From Candidatus Omnitrophota bacterium (GTDB lineage: Bacteria; Omnitrophota; Gorgyraeia; B26-G9): a stretch of DNA of 64,000 nucleotides. Each line of letters starts with the position of its first letter. Within the stretch, counting starts at the first letter, position 1. This document shows, piece by piece, positions 18,131-27,469 of the stretch. The notes under the pieces were generated by a model. That model was not told the DNA's origin, did not search any database, and worked only from the letters and a program-made list of their open reading frames with translations. The stretch covers positions 391 to 64,390 of the forward strand of contig JAHITY010000099.1 of NCBI GenBank assembly GCA_018817165.1, written 5' to 3'. A program made the position numbers and the translations under genes.

Positions 18131-18444
18131 CGGGGGAGCCAAAAAAATTAGAGAGTCCTTTTGGGCTCTCTGATTTTTCAGCGAGGACGAAGAACCTTAA
18201 AAAAGGGTTTTAGGGGAAAAGATGCCCGGGCTTACAAATCATCTTGAGAGCCTTCTGATGTTTCATGTTCAGGCATTCTCATAGGATTGTTCCCTTCCTA
18301 TCTCGAATGGGGAATATTAAGGGGGAACTGAAAGAGTGCCCCTTTAAGGAGTGAGCGGACCTGTTTCTCAAGGGAGCGCTTGTCCCGCCGTATTTTGGCG
18401 GGGACACGACAGGTTCGGCGAAGCGAAAGTCCTCGCGGGGGAGC
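18131..18444 (+). repeat. Structured repeat, copy 2 (direct repeat of 13474-13818), preceded by a remnant of the ParB-like gene 5' end
   Basis: CGGGGGAGCCAAAAAAATTAGAGAGTCCTTTTGGGCTCTCTGATTTTT, then closing helix CGAGGAC...GTCCTCG, then the identical 3' block with hairpin 18382-18405. Confidence 0.7.
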
Positions 18445-18506
18445 TTGTTTTTTAATCCATTATTATAGAAGCTTATAGTAAGGGGACTTTTTTTTATCTT
18501 GACAAA

Positions 18507-18531
18507 TAGTAATGATTACTATATAGTAATC
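18507..18531 (+). promoter_or_regulatory. Fur-family (Zur-like) operator TAGTAAT-G-ATTACTA with an overlapping half-site, inside the TTGACA-N17-TATAGT promoter of the fur-family gene
   Basis: Perfect 7-1-7 inverted repeat at 18507-18521 plus TAGTAATCAT at 18523-18532; -35 TTGACA at 18499-18504. Confidence 0.65.
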
Positions 18532-18533
18532 AT

Positions 18534-18971
18534 ATGGAAAAGGAAGCGCAGGACCTTAAGAAAATGTTCTATGATAAGTGTGCCGAGAAGGGATTAAAAA
18601 TAACCCCTCAACGTTTGCTTATTTTTGATGAGCTCTCAAAAGCTAAAGATCATCCTACGGCCGATGCCATCTATAGACGTGTACGCAAGAGTCTATCGAA
18701 TATTTCTTTCGATACTGTCTATCGGACTTTATTGTCTTTTACTGAAATAGGTATAGTTAATCTTGTAGAAGGTTCTGGACAGCAAAAACGCTTTGACCCT
18801 AATCGACATCTACATCATCATTTCAGATGTATTAAGTGCGACACTATTTACGATTTTGAGAATGATGCATATAATGATATTGCCGTGCCGAAGGCTGTGC
18901 AGAAACAAGGAGTTATTATCAATAAGAGGGTAGTGTTGGAAGGTATTTGTTCGAAGTGTAAGGGGAAGTAA
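18534..18971 (+). CDS. Fur-family metalloregulator (Fur/Zur/PerR)
   Basis: ITPQRLLIFDEL...HPTADAIYRRV...ISFDTVYRTL DNA-binding domain; HHHFRC..C and C-terminal C..C metal sites. Confidence 0.8.
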   Translation: MEKEAQDLKKMFYDKCAEKGLKITPQRLLIFDELSKAKDHPTADAIYRRVRKSLSNISFDTVYRTLLSFTEIGIVNLVEGSGQQKRFDPNRHLHHHFRCIKCDTIYDFENDAYNDIAVPKAVQKQGVIINKRVVLEGICSKCKGK

Positions 18972-18988
18972 TATTTTTTTACCTATTG

Positions 18989-19007
18989 AATAGTAATTAT
19001 TACTATT
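18989..19007 (+). promoter_or_regulatory. Second Fur-family box, a 19-bp perfect palindrome AATAGTAAT-T-ATTACTATT upstream of the PTPS-like gene
   Basis: Perfect inverted repeat about 110 bp upstream of 19118; same xxGTAATnATTACxx core as the box upstream of the regulator. Confidence 0.6.
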
Positions 19008-19117
19008 TAGTAGTCAAACGCAATTAAAGGAAGGGGTGATTTAGAAAATAAAACATGATTAGCGGAGGGCAGTAAGTAATATAAAAATAAAACACTAACC
19101 AAAAGGAGGGAACTATT

Positions 19118-19612
19118 ATGTTAAACGAAAAGTATACATCAATCGTAAAATTTGATTTTCAGTACGCGCATAGATTTATGAATTGGCCGCGCGAAGCAAA
19201 ACATCTTCATGGGCATTCCGGTCTTGTAACAATTGAACTGGAAGACACCGTAGATCCGGTGACAGGATATGCACACGCTTGTAAAGATGGATTCAAAAAA
19301 GCCTGGGAAGTCTGTGACCATTTCCACCACGCAACAATATTGCAAGAAGGCGACCCTCTGCTTGAGGCGATGCTTGCTGTATATAAAAAGGCAGGCATTA
19401 CTAATGACCCGGAGCATTGTGTTCCTCTTAAAAAGATAGACCACCCACTTGCTTGGTCATATCCGGAATACAGAATAGTTGTATCTAAAAAAGTTACTAC
19501 TTGTGAAAATTGGTGTGAACTTTTATACGAGCTTCTTAAAGACAAGATGCCAATCAAAAAAATTACTTTCCGCTCATCTTCTATGAACTGCGCATCGAAA
19601 GTATTTAAGTAA
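19118..19612 (+). CDS. 6-pyruvoyl-tetrahydropterin synthase (PTPS/QueD)-family protein, candidate Zur-regulated paralog (QueD2-like)
   Basis: FQYAHRF...AKHLHGHSGLV...VDPVTGYAHACKDGFKK...CDHFHHATIL matches the PTPS fold signature (AAHRL...HGH...TGmv.DF..lK...lDH). Confidence 0.55.
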   Translation: MLNEKYTSIVKFDFQYAHRFMNWPREAKHLHGHSGLVTIELEDTVDPVTGYAHACKDGFKKAWEVCDHFHHATILQEGDPLLEAMLAVYKKAGITNDPEHCVPLKKIDHPLAWSYPEYRIVVSKKVTTCENWCELLYELLKDKMPIKKITFRSSSMNCASKVFK

Positions 19613-19633
19613 AAAAAGGTTATATTTGTACTC

Positions 19634-19656
19634 ATCCACCGGCTTAGCCGGTGGAT
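19634..19656 (+). terminator. Rho-independent terminator CCACCGGCT-TA-GCCGGTGG followed by a T-rich run
   Basis: Perfect 9-bp stem immediately after the stop of 19118-19612. Confidence 0.6.
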
Positions 19657-19973
19657 GTTCTTTTCTATTACAAGTTGCGGAATAGAGAGAAGCCAGTAAA
19701 ATCAGAGAGTCCAAAAGGGCTCTCTTTTTTTGTCCGCGAGGGCAAAAACCTCAAAGGGAGTTTATAATCTGATATTATATAGTAGTTCATGTGAAAGTAT
19801 AAGATAAAGCAATGCTTCTATTAAGTAATAAAACATCAATATTGATAGCTTAGTGCAATTATAAGTATTTAAAGCATTATATTTGATATATTGTTGAATA
19901 TTGCAATAATGTATCAAATATGATATATTATATATTATAAGAGTCGTTAAAACTTCAAAAGTGAGGTGTTAAT

Positions 19974-20318
19974 ATGATTAAAAATGAAATGTCAGATGAG
20001 GCAATTTTAAATGAGATTGGATTGCGAATTGCTAGATGTAGGTTAAATAAGAATGTGACTCAATCAGCGCTAGCTATTGAATCAGGGGTTTCAACGCCAA
20101 CCATACAGCGTGCAGAAGGAGGTGCGTCAATTCAATTGGTGAAGTTGATACGAATTTTGCGCGCATTAAACTTGATTGAGAATATAGAATTGCTTGTCCC
20201 TGAACTTGCTTTCAGTCCTCTTCAACAACTTAAGATGAAAGGGAAAATAAGACGCCGCGCTTCATTGCTACATGAAAATGAAAAAGCAGCTGACTGGACA
20301 TGGGGGGATGAGGGATGA
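19974..20318 (+). CDS. hipB: HipB-like XRE-family HTH antitoxin
   Basis: HTH (VTQSALAIESGVSTPTIQRAEGG); its stop overlaps the hipA start (ATGA). Confidence 0.6.
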   Translation: MIKNEMSDEAILNEIGLRIARCRLNKNVTQSALAIESGVSTPTIQRAEGGASIQLVKLIRILRALNLIENIELLVPELAFSPLQQLKMKGKIRRRASLLHENEKAADWTWGDEG

Positions 20319-21610
20319 CTGTTGCAGAAGTAAGACTTTGGGGCAAGAAAATAGGGGCTGTTGCTTGGGATAGCAAAAAGAAAGTTGCGAATTTTGAGTA
20401 CGAGCCTTCCTTTATAAAAAGTGGTATTGAAGTTTCTCCCATAACTATGCCTCTTGATGCCCAAATATATTCCTTTCCAGCTTTGCCATTTGATACTTTC
20501 CACGGGCTTCCTGGATTATTAGCAGATTCTTTGCCAGACAAATATGGAAATGCATTAATTGATGCTTGGCTTGCGAAAGAGGGGAGGTTGCCGGGAAGCT
20601 TTAATTCCGTGGAGCGGCTTTGTTATATTGGAAAACGGGGGATGGGAGCTCTTGAATTTAAGCCTTCACATGAGCCAGGGGGTGGTGTACTAAAAAATAT
20701 CAATATAGAATCCTTGGTTGAACTAGCAAGTGAAATTTTGTCGAAGCGCAACGCTTTTAAAGCTTCTCTTGCAATGCCGACAAGGAAAAAAGCTTTGCAT
20801 GATATATTAAAAGTGGGAACTTCTGCGGGAGGAGCAAGAGCAAAGGCGGTTATTGCTTGGAACCCTAAAACTAAGGAAGTTCGTTCGGGTCAAATTGCTG
20901 CTGAATCAGGCTTTTCTGATTGGATCCTAAAATTTGACGGGGTATCGGCAAATACCGACAAGGAACTTGAAGATACAAAAGGATTTGGTCTTATTGAATA
21001 TGCGTATCATAAAATGGCATTAGGGGCTGGGATACAAATGAGCGAATCTAGTTTGTTATATGAAAATCACAGAAGTCATTTTATGACAAAGAGGTTTGAT
21101 AGAACTGATAAAGGGGAAAAAATACATATGCAATCCTTAAGTGCTCTCGCGCATTATGATTTTAATAGTACGGGGGCATATTCATATGAACAAGCTATTC
21201 AAGTAATGAGAAAATTAAAATTACCGATGATCGAAATAGAAGAACAATTTAGAAGAATTGTCTTTAATATTATAACGAGGAACCAGGATGATCATGTTAA
21301 AAATATAGCCTTCTTAATGAATAAGTTGGGGAAATGGAAACTTTCTCCGGCATTTGATGTTATTTATAGCTATAATCCTTTAGGTATTTGGACGAATATG
21401 CATCAAATGTCTATGAATGGTAAGAGGGATAAATTTAGCAAAGATGATTTTGTGGACTTTGCTAAAAACGCATCAATGAAAAAGGGGATTGCTGAAACTA
21501 TTATTACTCAGGTTAAAGAGGCTGTGAAAAAATGGCCAAATTATGCTAAAGAGGCGGGCATTGCTGAAGAACGACAAAAGTCAATAGCTGCAACTTTCAG
21601 AAAGCTATAA
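20315..21610 (+). CDS. hipA: HipA-family serine/threonine kinase toxin
   Basis: HipA N-domain followed by the catalytic motif ITRNQDDHVKNIAFLM...SPAFDVIYSY (HipA D-x-H-x-K-N). Confidence 0.85.
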   Translation: MTVAEVRLWGKKIGAVAWDSKKKVANFEYEPSFIKSGIEVSPITMPLDAQIYSFPALPFDTFHGLPGLLADSLPDKYGNALIDAWLAKEGRLPGSFNSVERLCYIGKRGMGALEFKPSHEPGGGVLKNINIESLVELASEILSKRNAFKASLAMPTRKKALHDILKVGTSAGGARAKAVIAWNPKTKEVRSGQIAAESGFSDWILKFDGVSANTDKELEDTKGFGLIEYAYHKMALGAGIQMSESSLLYENHRSHFMTKRFDRTDKGEKIHMQSLSALAHYDFNSTGAYSYEQAIQVMRKLKLPMIEIEEQFRRIVFNIITRNQDDHVKNIAFLMNKLGKWKLSPAFDVIYSYNPLGIWTNMHQMSMNGKRDKFSKDDFVDFAKNASMKKGIAETIITQVKEAVKKWPNYAKEAGIAEERQKSIAATFRKL

Positions 21611-21995
21611 AAAATACCTTTAAAAATCAAACAACCAGAAATGTGTTTTGAAATAATTCCGTATAGTCTTTTATCTCTAGCCAGTTGCGAAACTCGTCTA
21701 GCCCAGGGAGCTAAAAAATACGGAAGTCTATTTGGGCTTCCGATTTTTTTACTGCGTTTTGTTTCTGCGCGGAAGGTGGGATTTTTAATGAAGTATAATT
21801 TATGAAATATCATGAAATTCGCAATTGAATTATCTCCTATTTAATAAAAATAAGAAAACTGTTGCGAGTAATAGGTGAAAGCTTGTTCACTTTCTATAGG
21901 TAAAATTTAAAACACCTTGAATTAATTTATGATTGGAGATACAATTGTATTAATATTTATTCGGATAAATAAAAATCAAATAAAATTCAGGATAT

Positions 21996-23216
21996 ATGAT
22001 GAAAGATTGTTTTAATATTTTAATTTTTAATGGTGGTAGCTCATCATTGACTTATAAGATTTTTCAAGTAGATAATTCTAAGAATATTAAGGTTGTTTCT
22101 TATGGAAAAGCGCATAGGGTAGGGGTTAAAGGCGCCAAATCCTCTTTTATCGAACATTGTCTTAATGCTAAGATATCTAAAAATATAACGCCTATTCCAA
22201 GTCATCAAGCTGCGGCTAGGTTAATATTAAAACATATCGAGGATAATTGTATAAAAATAGATTCTATCGGGCATAGGTTTGTGCATGGGGGGAGTCATTT
22301 TAAAGAATCAATTTTGTTGGATAGGAATACTTTAAGTAAACTCTTGTTATGCTTGCCTTTAGCGCCTCTGCATAATCCTATTTCTTTGTCGGTTATTCAG
22401 GAATCAAGAAAATTTTTCCCTGATTTGCCGCAATATGTTGTTTTTGATTCTGCCTTTCATTCCACTATTCCAGCTCATGCTTATACTTATGCTTTGCCTA
22501 AAAGAATAATAAAAAAATTCGGATTTAGAAAATATGGATTCCATGGATTATCTTATTCTTATGTAGCTAGGGAAGTGCCTGTATTTTTAAAAGATAAATC
22601 GAAAAATCTTCGGATCGTTGCTTGTCATCTCGGTACCGGCGGTTCAAGCGTAGCTGCGATTAAAGGCGGCCGATCCGTAGATAATTCTATGGGGTATTCT
22701 CCGCTTTGCGGACTGGTTATGAGTACTCGTTGCGGGGATATTGATCCGATGCTTATGATTTATCTCATGAAAATCTATGACTATCGTCCAGATGAATTAA
22801 TGGATATTTTAAATACGAAAAGCGGTCTTTTGGGAATTTCCGGTTTTTCAAGTGATATTACCGATATAATACAGCGCATTGAAGGAGAAAAAGAAATAGA
22901 CAGGGCGAGCCTTGCTTTGAATATGTATATTCACCGTTTAAGAAAATATATTGGAAGTTATATTGTTGCTCTCGGGGGTGTGGATGCATTAGTATTTACG
23001 GATGATATTGGGGTTCATAACTGGCAGGTAAGAGAAAAGGTTTGCCAGGGCATGGAGTGGGCCGGTATAGTTTTGGACCGTAAGGTAAATCGTAAAATTA
23101 GCGGTAATGAAGTTTCATTGGTAAATGACGCTTGCTCTAAAGTAAAAATAGTGCTTCTTCCTGCTGAAGAAGAATTGATTATTTGTCTTGAGGGAACTAA
23201 ACTGTTGAGGTTGTAA
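21996..23216 (+). CDS. ackA: Acetate/propionate kinase
   Basis: ILIFNGGSSSLTYKIF (ATP motif), FDSAFHSTIP, RKYGFHGLSYSYV, VACHLGTGGSSVAAIKGGRSVDNSMGYSPLCGLVMSTRCGDIDP. Confidence 0.85.
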   Translation: MMKDCFNILIFNGGSSSLTYKIFQVDNSKNIKVVSYGKAHRVGVKGAKSSFIEHCLNAKISKNITPIPSHQAAARLILKHIEDNCIKIDSIGHRFVHGGSHFKESILLDRNTLSKLLLCLPLAPLHNPISLSVIQESRKFFPDLPQYVVFDSAFHSTIPAHAYTYALPKRIIKKFGFRKYGFHGLSYSYVAREVPVFLKDKSKNLRIVACHLGTGGSSVAAIKGGRSVDNSMGYSPLCGLVMSTRCGDIDPMLMIYLMKIYDYRPDELMDILNTKSGLLGISGFSSDITDIIQRIEGEKEIDRASLALNMYIHRLRKYIGSYIVALGGVDALVFTDDIGVHNWQVREKVCQGMEWAGIVLDRKVNRKISGNEVSLVNDACSKVKIVLLPAEEELIICLEGTKLLRL

Positions 23217-24278
23217 ATGATATTAATATTTGATCCATCCTTTTCCGCTTTACGCTGGTGTAATATAGAGGGTGAAAATTGTTCAGAATTTAAATGTGAG
23301 TTTAGCCCGGGATGGTTTGATCGGGTTATGAAAAGTATTGGTAATGTTAAGGAAATCGAAGCCATAGGTTATGTTTTATACCATGGTGGTGAAATTATTA
23401 GAAATCCCGTTGAAATTATTTCTTTGGAATTAATCAAAAAGCTGGAACAATGTGTTAAGTTTGATCCGGAGCGTAATGATTTAACTTTGAAAATTATTAT
23501 GCAATGTATCCGGCAATTTAAAGAAATAAAACATATTTTGCTTTGTGATACTGCCTTTTTTGCGGATTTGCCTGAGGAGGTAAGTACTTATGCGGTTCCT
23601 TATGAATTGCGGGAAAAGGGGATTAGGCGATATGGCAGGCAAGGTTTAAGTCATCAGTGGGCATGGGTGCAAACTAAAGCACTCGCGGAAAAAAATATTT
23701 GTAATGCCATAAGCGTTTATTTGGGCAATCATACCAATATGGTTGCGATAAAAAAAAGTAAAGCCCAAGAGACAAGCGTGGGTTTTACAAGTGTGGAAGG
23801 GATAATATCCACAGTAAGCTGTGGGGATATAGATCCTACTGTTATTTTTCAGATGCATTCTACCGGTATGTCCTTTAGGACAATAAATAGTATATTATCT
23901 CAAGAAAGTGGTTTTAAGGCTTTGTTAGGTAAAAAAAGCAGCTTATCCGATATTTTAAGCAAAAAGGGGAGTTCTAAGGAAATTGCTTTGCGGGAGATTT
24001 ATTGTTACAATATTTTAAAATATTTGGGTGGTTTTATTTCCTCGATTGGCGGGGTGGATACGCTAATATTTATTGGTGAAGATATAAACCAGGCTGTACC
24101 TTTTATTCGTGAAATTTGCTGCAGACTAAGATTTCTTGGGTTAAAACTTAAACGAAGCGTGACTAAAAGTGGAACATTATTTAATTTAACAACAAAGGAT
24201 TCTCCGATCAAAGTTTTTTGTTTAAAATATAATAAATGGAAAGTTTTAGCTTATTGGGCTAAGGAGGGATTGAGATGA
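23217..24278 (+). CDS. Degenerate acetate-kinase-like paralog (probable pseudo-enzyme)
   Basis: Co-linear with AckA (CDTAFFADLPE, VSCGDIDP) but lacks the N-terminal GGSSS phosphate loop and has RQG in place of the catalytic FHG histidine. Confidence 0.6.
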   Translation: MILIFDPSFSALRWCNIEGENCSEFKCEFSPGWFDRVMKSIGNVKEIEAIGYVLYHGGEIIRNPVEIISLELIKKLEQCVKFDPERNDLTLKIIMQCIRQFKEIKHILLCDTAFFADLPEEVSTYAVPYELREKGIRRYGRQGLSHQWAWVQTKALAEKNICNAISVYLGNHTNMVAIKKSKAQETSVGFTSVEGIISTVSCGDIDPTVIFQMHSTGMSFRTINSILSQESGFKALLGKKSSLSDILSKKGSSKEIALREIYCYNILKYLGGFISSIGGVDTLIFIGEDINQAVPFIREICCRLRFLGLKLKRSVTKSGTLFNLTTKDSPIKVFCLKYNKWKVLAYWAKEGLR

Positions 24279-25063
24279 AAAAAGAGAAGCGTTATCTTGA
24301 AGATGTGGGCATGAAAAATTTACCATTTCCCATGAATGTTGTATCCAAAGTTAGTAAAGACGGGCAATTTACGATTGCCGATATTTCTATTTCTGCGCGG
24401 ATTATGCAGGAATTTGAAGCTGATTGGATCGATAAGTTTATCCAGATTGTGCATAACCATCGTGATCGAATAGGGACAAAAACGCTTAAAGTTAATATCA
24501 AGGATTATGTCAAACAGTTGAATGCTTCAACAGTAAAAATTGATTTTAAGTATCCATTTTTTATTGAGAAGCGCACGCCTGTATCCAAAGAAAAATGTTT
24601 AGTTAGGTACCTGTGTACTTATTCGGTTAAGTCTAATGGAGAAGCAAAACCTACTGTTATTTTTAAGATAAAGATTCCCTGTATAACTACATATCCTGTA
24701 TCATTTGAAAAATCCGGGGGGCTTTTTGGTCAATTAAGTACAATGGTTATAGAAACAGAATCAAAAAAAGATATTTATCCTGAGGATCTGGTTGCGCTTG
24801 TGGATAAACATGCTTTAGTTCCGATATACTCATTTTTAACCAGAGAAGACCAGGAGTTTGTTATTCAGAAAATACATTCAGAAAAGAAAACTAGCGTTGT
24901 GCTGGTTGATGAAGTGAAAGATGAACTAGCCCGGATGCAAAATATTGAATCATACAAGGTTGATTGTTTTAACTTTGGGATGCTGCATTCTTATGGGACA
25001 TCTATTGGAACCGCAAAAAGCATGTGGATCCCCGGAAGTTCTTTTGAAGAAAATGAAATATAA
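24275..25063 (+). CDS. Hypothetical protein, possibly a divergent T-fold (FolE2/MptA-like) protein lacking the catalytic HMSR-type motif
   Basis: N-terminal LEDVGMKNLPFPMNVV resembles the FolE2 N-terminal region; no catalytic motif found; its start overlaps the upstream stop, so the three genes look like one operon. Confidence 0.25.
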   Translation: MKKEKRYLEDVGMKNLPFPMNVVSKVSKDGQFTIADISISARIMQEFEADWIDKFIQIVHNHRDRIGTKTLKVNIKDYVKQLNASTVKIDFKYPFFIEKRTPVSKEKCLVRYLCTYSVKSNGEAKPTVIFKIKIPCITTYPVSFEKSGGLFGQLSTMVIETESKKDIYPEDLVALVDKHALVPIYSFLTREDQEFVIQKIHSEKKTSVVLVDEVKDELARMQNIESYKVDCFNFGMLHSYGTSIGTAKSMWIPGSSFEENEI

Positions 25064-25361
25064 TAGTTGATTTTTGCGATAAAAGGGGTCATATTGGAAA
25101 ATGTTGATAGAATAATAGCTTCTAGATACTGGGAGATCTTAAATCAGGACATTTTTTAGTGAAAGAGGAAGCCTGAAATATAATTATAAAGTTTTGAGTT
25201 AAAAGTAAAACCTTCGCCAGAAAAAGGCGGGGGTTTTTGTTTGTTATTTTTGTTGCTTTGGATTTGATGGGGTATCATATTGTATTTTCTTTACAGGGAA
25301 TTATTGGATAAATATTAAACGATACTTTATTATAATAATACAACTGATTTAGAGGAAAGAA

Positions 25362-26711
25362 ATGGTTAAACTTGTTAAAAATAGCGTAAAAATAACTATT
25401 TTTAGAATGGCATTCCCGATGCTTATGGGGACTTTTGCGATGAATGCTTATCATCTTACAGATACTTGGTTTGTGTCAAGATTAGGGACAGAGGCTTTGG
25501 CCGCAATGGCCTTTACTTTTCCGGTTGTTATGTTTCTTAACTTTGTCGCAAGGGGATTAGGTACAGGCTCCATGACTTTGGTTTCGCATGCTTTAGGTCA
25601 AAAGGATGAAAAAAAAGCCGCAGCTCTAACAACTCATGCTTTTTTTCTTGCTGCGATAATAGTTGTTTTTATATCAACTGTTGGGATTATGACAATTCAG
25701 CCATTATTTAGATTTTTGGGAGCAGGCCCAGAAATATTACCGCTGGTAGAAGGGTATATGAGAATCTTGTACTTAGGAATGGTTTTTATGATCATCCCCA
25801 TGATGGCCGGTGATATTATTATTTCTACTGGGGATTCAAAGTCTGCAAGTTTATTGATGCTTGGTGGGGCTGTAATTAATATGATCTTGGATCCTATTTT
25901 GATTTTTGGTTTATTTGGCTTTCCTAAAATGGGTATTAGTGGTGCCGCATTGGGAACAGTGGTTTCGCAGTTTTTTATTTTTGTTGCGGCTTTATTTATT
26001 TTGCATTATCGGCATAATCTGATTTGTTTTTTATCAAATTCCAGAGAATTGATAATTATATCTTGGAAGAAAATACTGCATATAAGTATTCCTAGTATTT
26101 TTAGTATGATGTTAGTTCCTTTATCTCATGGAGTGATCACTCGGATTATTGCAGGTTTTGGATCTGCGGCGGTTGCTGCTACTGGAGCTGCTGTTCGAAT
26201 CGAAATGTTTGCTTTTATGATTCCCATGACAGTGGGCATGTCTTTGATGCCTTTTGTCAGTCAGAATTATGGCGCGGGTAGAATGGATCGAATAAAAGAA
26301 GCGTCTAAGTTTACTATTCTTTTTGCTATTTGTTATGGGTTTTTAATTGTAGTTGTGTTTTATATGATCGCGCCTTATTTTGGTAGGATATTTTCAAAAG
26401 ATCCTGAGGTGATCAAAGTTTTGGTTATGTATATTAGAATAGTTTCGTTTGGATATGGAATGGCAGAAGTTCATCGTTATTCAGGTTTTTATTTAATGGG
26501 GCTGCATAGACCGATTGCCGCGGCAATATTGAATATTGTGCGTGTTTTGGTTCTTTTGATTCCGCTATCATTTTTGGGAGCACGCTTTTTTGGGATTAAA
26601 GGCGCGTTTTTTGGGCGGCTTTTTGCGGATATTCTTGCTGGTATGATCGGAATAATCTGTACAGTTAATGTTCTTAAATCAACGGACTTTCCTAAATCCA
26701 GACATCAATAA
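25362..26711 (+). CDS. MATE-family efflux transporter
   Basis: 449 aa, about 12 predicted TM helices, NorM/DinF-like N-terminal pattern (FPMLMG..AMNAYHLTDTWFVSRLGTEALAA). Confidence 0.75.
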   Translation: MVKLVKNSVKITIFRMAFPMLMGTFAMNAYHLTDTWFVSRLGTEALAAMAFTFPVVMFLNFVARGLGTGSMTLVSHALGQKDEKKAAALTTHAFFLAAIIVVFISTVGIMTIQPLFRFLGAGPEILPLVEGYMRILYLGMVFMIIPMMAGDIIISTGDSKSASLLMLGGAVINMILDPILIFGLFGFPKMGISGAALGTVVSQFFIFVAALFILHYRHNLICFLSNSRELIIISWKKILHISIPSIFSMMLVPLSHGVITRIIAGFGSAAVAATGAAVRIEMFAFMIPMTVGMSLMPFVSQNYGAGRMDRIKEASKFTILFAICYGFLIVVVFYMIAPYFGRIFSKDPEVIKVLVMYIRIVSFGYGMAEVHRYSGFYLMGLHRPIAAAILNIVRVLVLLIPLSFLGARFFGIKGAFFGRLFADILAGMIGIICTVNVLKSTDFPKSRHQ

Positions 26712-27250
26712 GCAAAATATTTGAATGACAAAGGTTATTCCTAGTATAGGAATGTGTGACAGCTATAGAATGCAAAGAATGTTTTAACAAGAAAATAATT
26801 ATTATTATCGGGGTACTCTTTGTTGCGTAAGGGACGGTTACATTATTAGGTTTAGCCATATTTAATTGGCAAAGCAGGGACTTGAAAAAAAATAATAAAA
26901 TCAGAAAGCCCCAGAATCATTTTTTAAATTTCCAGGATTAAAGATAAACATTGTTTTATTCTTTTCTAGTCATATAATTATATTTAGCTTATCCTGGGGG
27001 TAAAAACTTGTTAATAAAAAAAACAAGGGCCGACATTTATATTTTTTATGAGAGGAATTAGCGTATTATTTAACAGGGGTTTCCTTGCAATATTCTTTGG
27101 GAAAAGGGGATGGTGTTAAATTGAATATTAATCGTATTTCATCCGAAAGTTAATAATCGGCGCTTAAGTAAAAAAATGAAGAATATTTTTGATGAATAAT
27201 TTAAAAGAATAAAAAATTGATTTATGGAATAATGGGAGGCAAATTAAGCT

Positions 27251-27466
27251 ATGTCGATAAAAAGCATAAATGGATGTATTGGCTGCGGTACATGCGTAAA
27301 GACATGCCCCACAGATGTAATTCGCTTAGATTTAAAAACTGGAAAGGCTAAAATTACCTTTCCAGAGGATTGTCAGATATGTCATTTATGTAGGATGTAT
27401 TGTCCTGTTGATGCTATTACTATCTCACCGGAGAAATCAATTCCGGTTATTATTTCCTGGGGGTAA
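27251..27466 (+). CDS. 2x[4Fe-4S] ferredoxin
   Basis: CIGCGTCVKTCP and CQICHLCRMYCP cluster motifs. Confidence 0.85.
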   Translation: MSIKSINGCIGCGTCVKTCPTDVIRLDLKTGKAKITFPEDCQICHLCRMYCPVDAITISPEKSIPVIISWG

Positions 27467-27469
27467 AAA

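Noticed and set aside
1787-22000. Integron-like cassette array (attC sites) or CRISPR array as the explanation for the periodic boundary repeats
   Set aside because: No IntI-type integrase and no attI site. The repeats lack the R''/L''/L'/R' core organisation of attC. Units are far longer than CRISPR repeats with non-uniform spacing and no cas genes. The boundary elements are described instead as ParB-minigene/hairpin repeats.
24275-25063. Confident annotation of 24275-25063 as GTP cyclohydrolase FolE2/MptA
   Set aside because: Only the N-terminal ~40 residues resemble FolE2; the diagnostic GTHMSRF metal-site motif is absent. Kept as hypothetical with a low-confidence T-fold note.
26737-26753. 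Inverted repeat ATTCCTA-gta-TAGGAAT in the 540-bp gap upstream of the ferredoxin gene as a regulator site
   Set aside because: A single 7-bp inverted repeat in AT-rich intergenic DNA is expected by chance. No matching known consensus (FNR/CRP/ArcA) and no second copy were seen.
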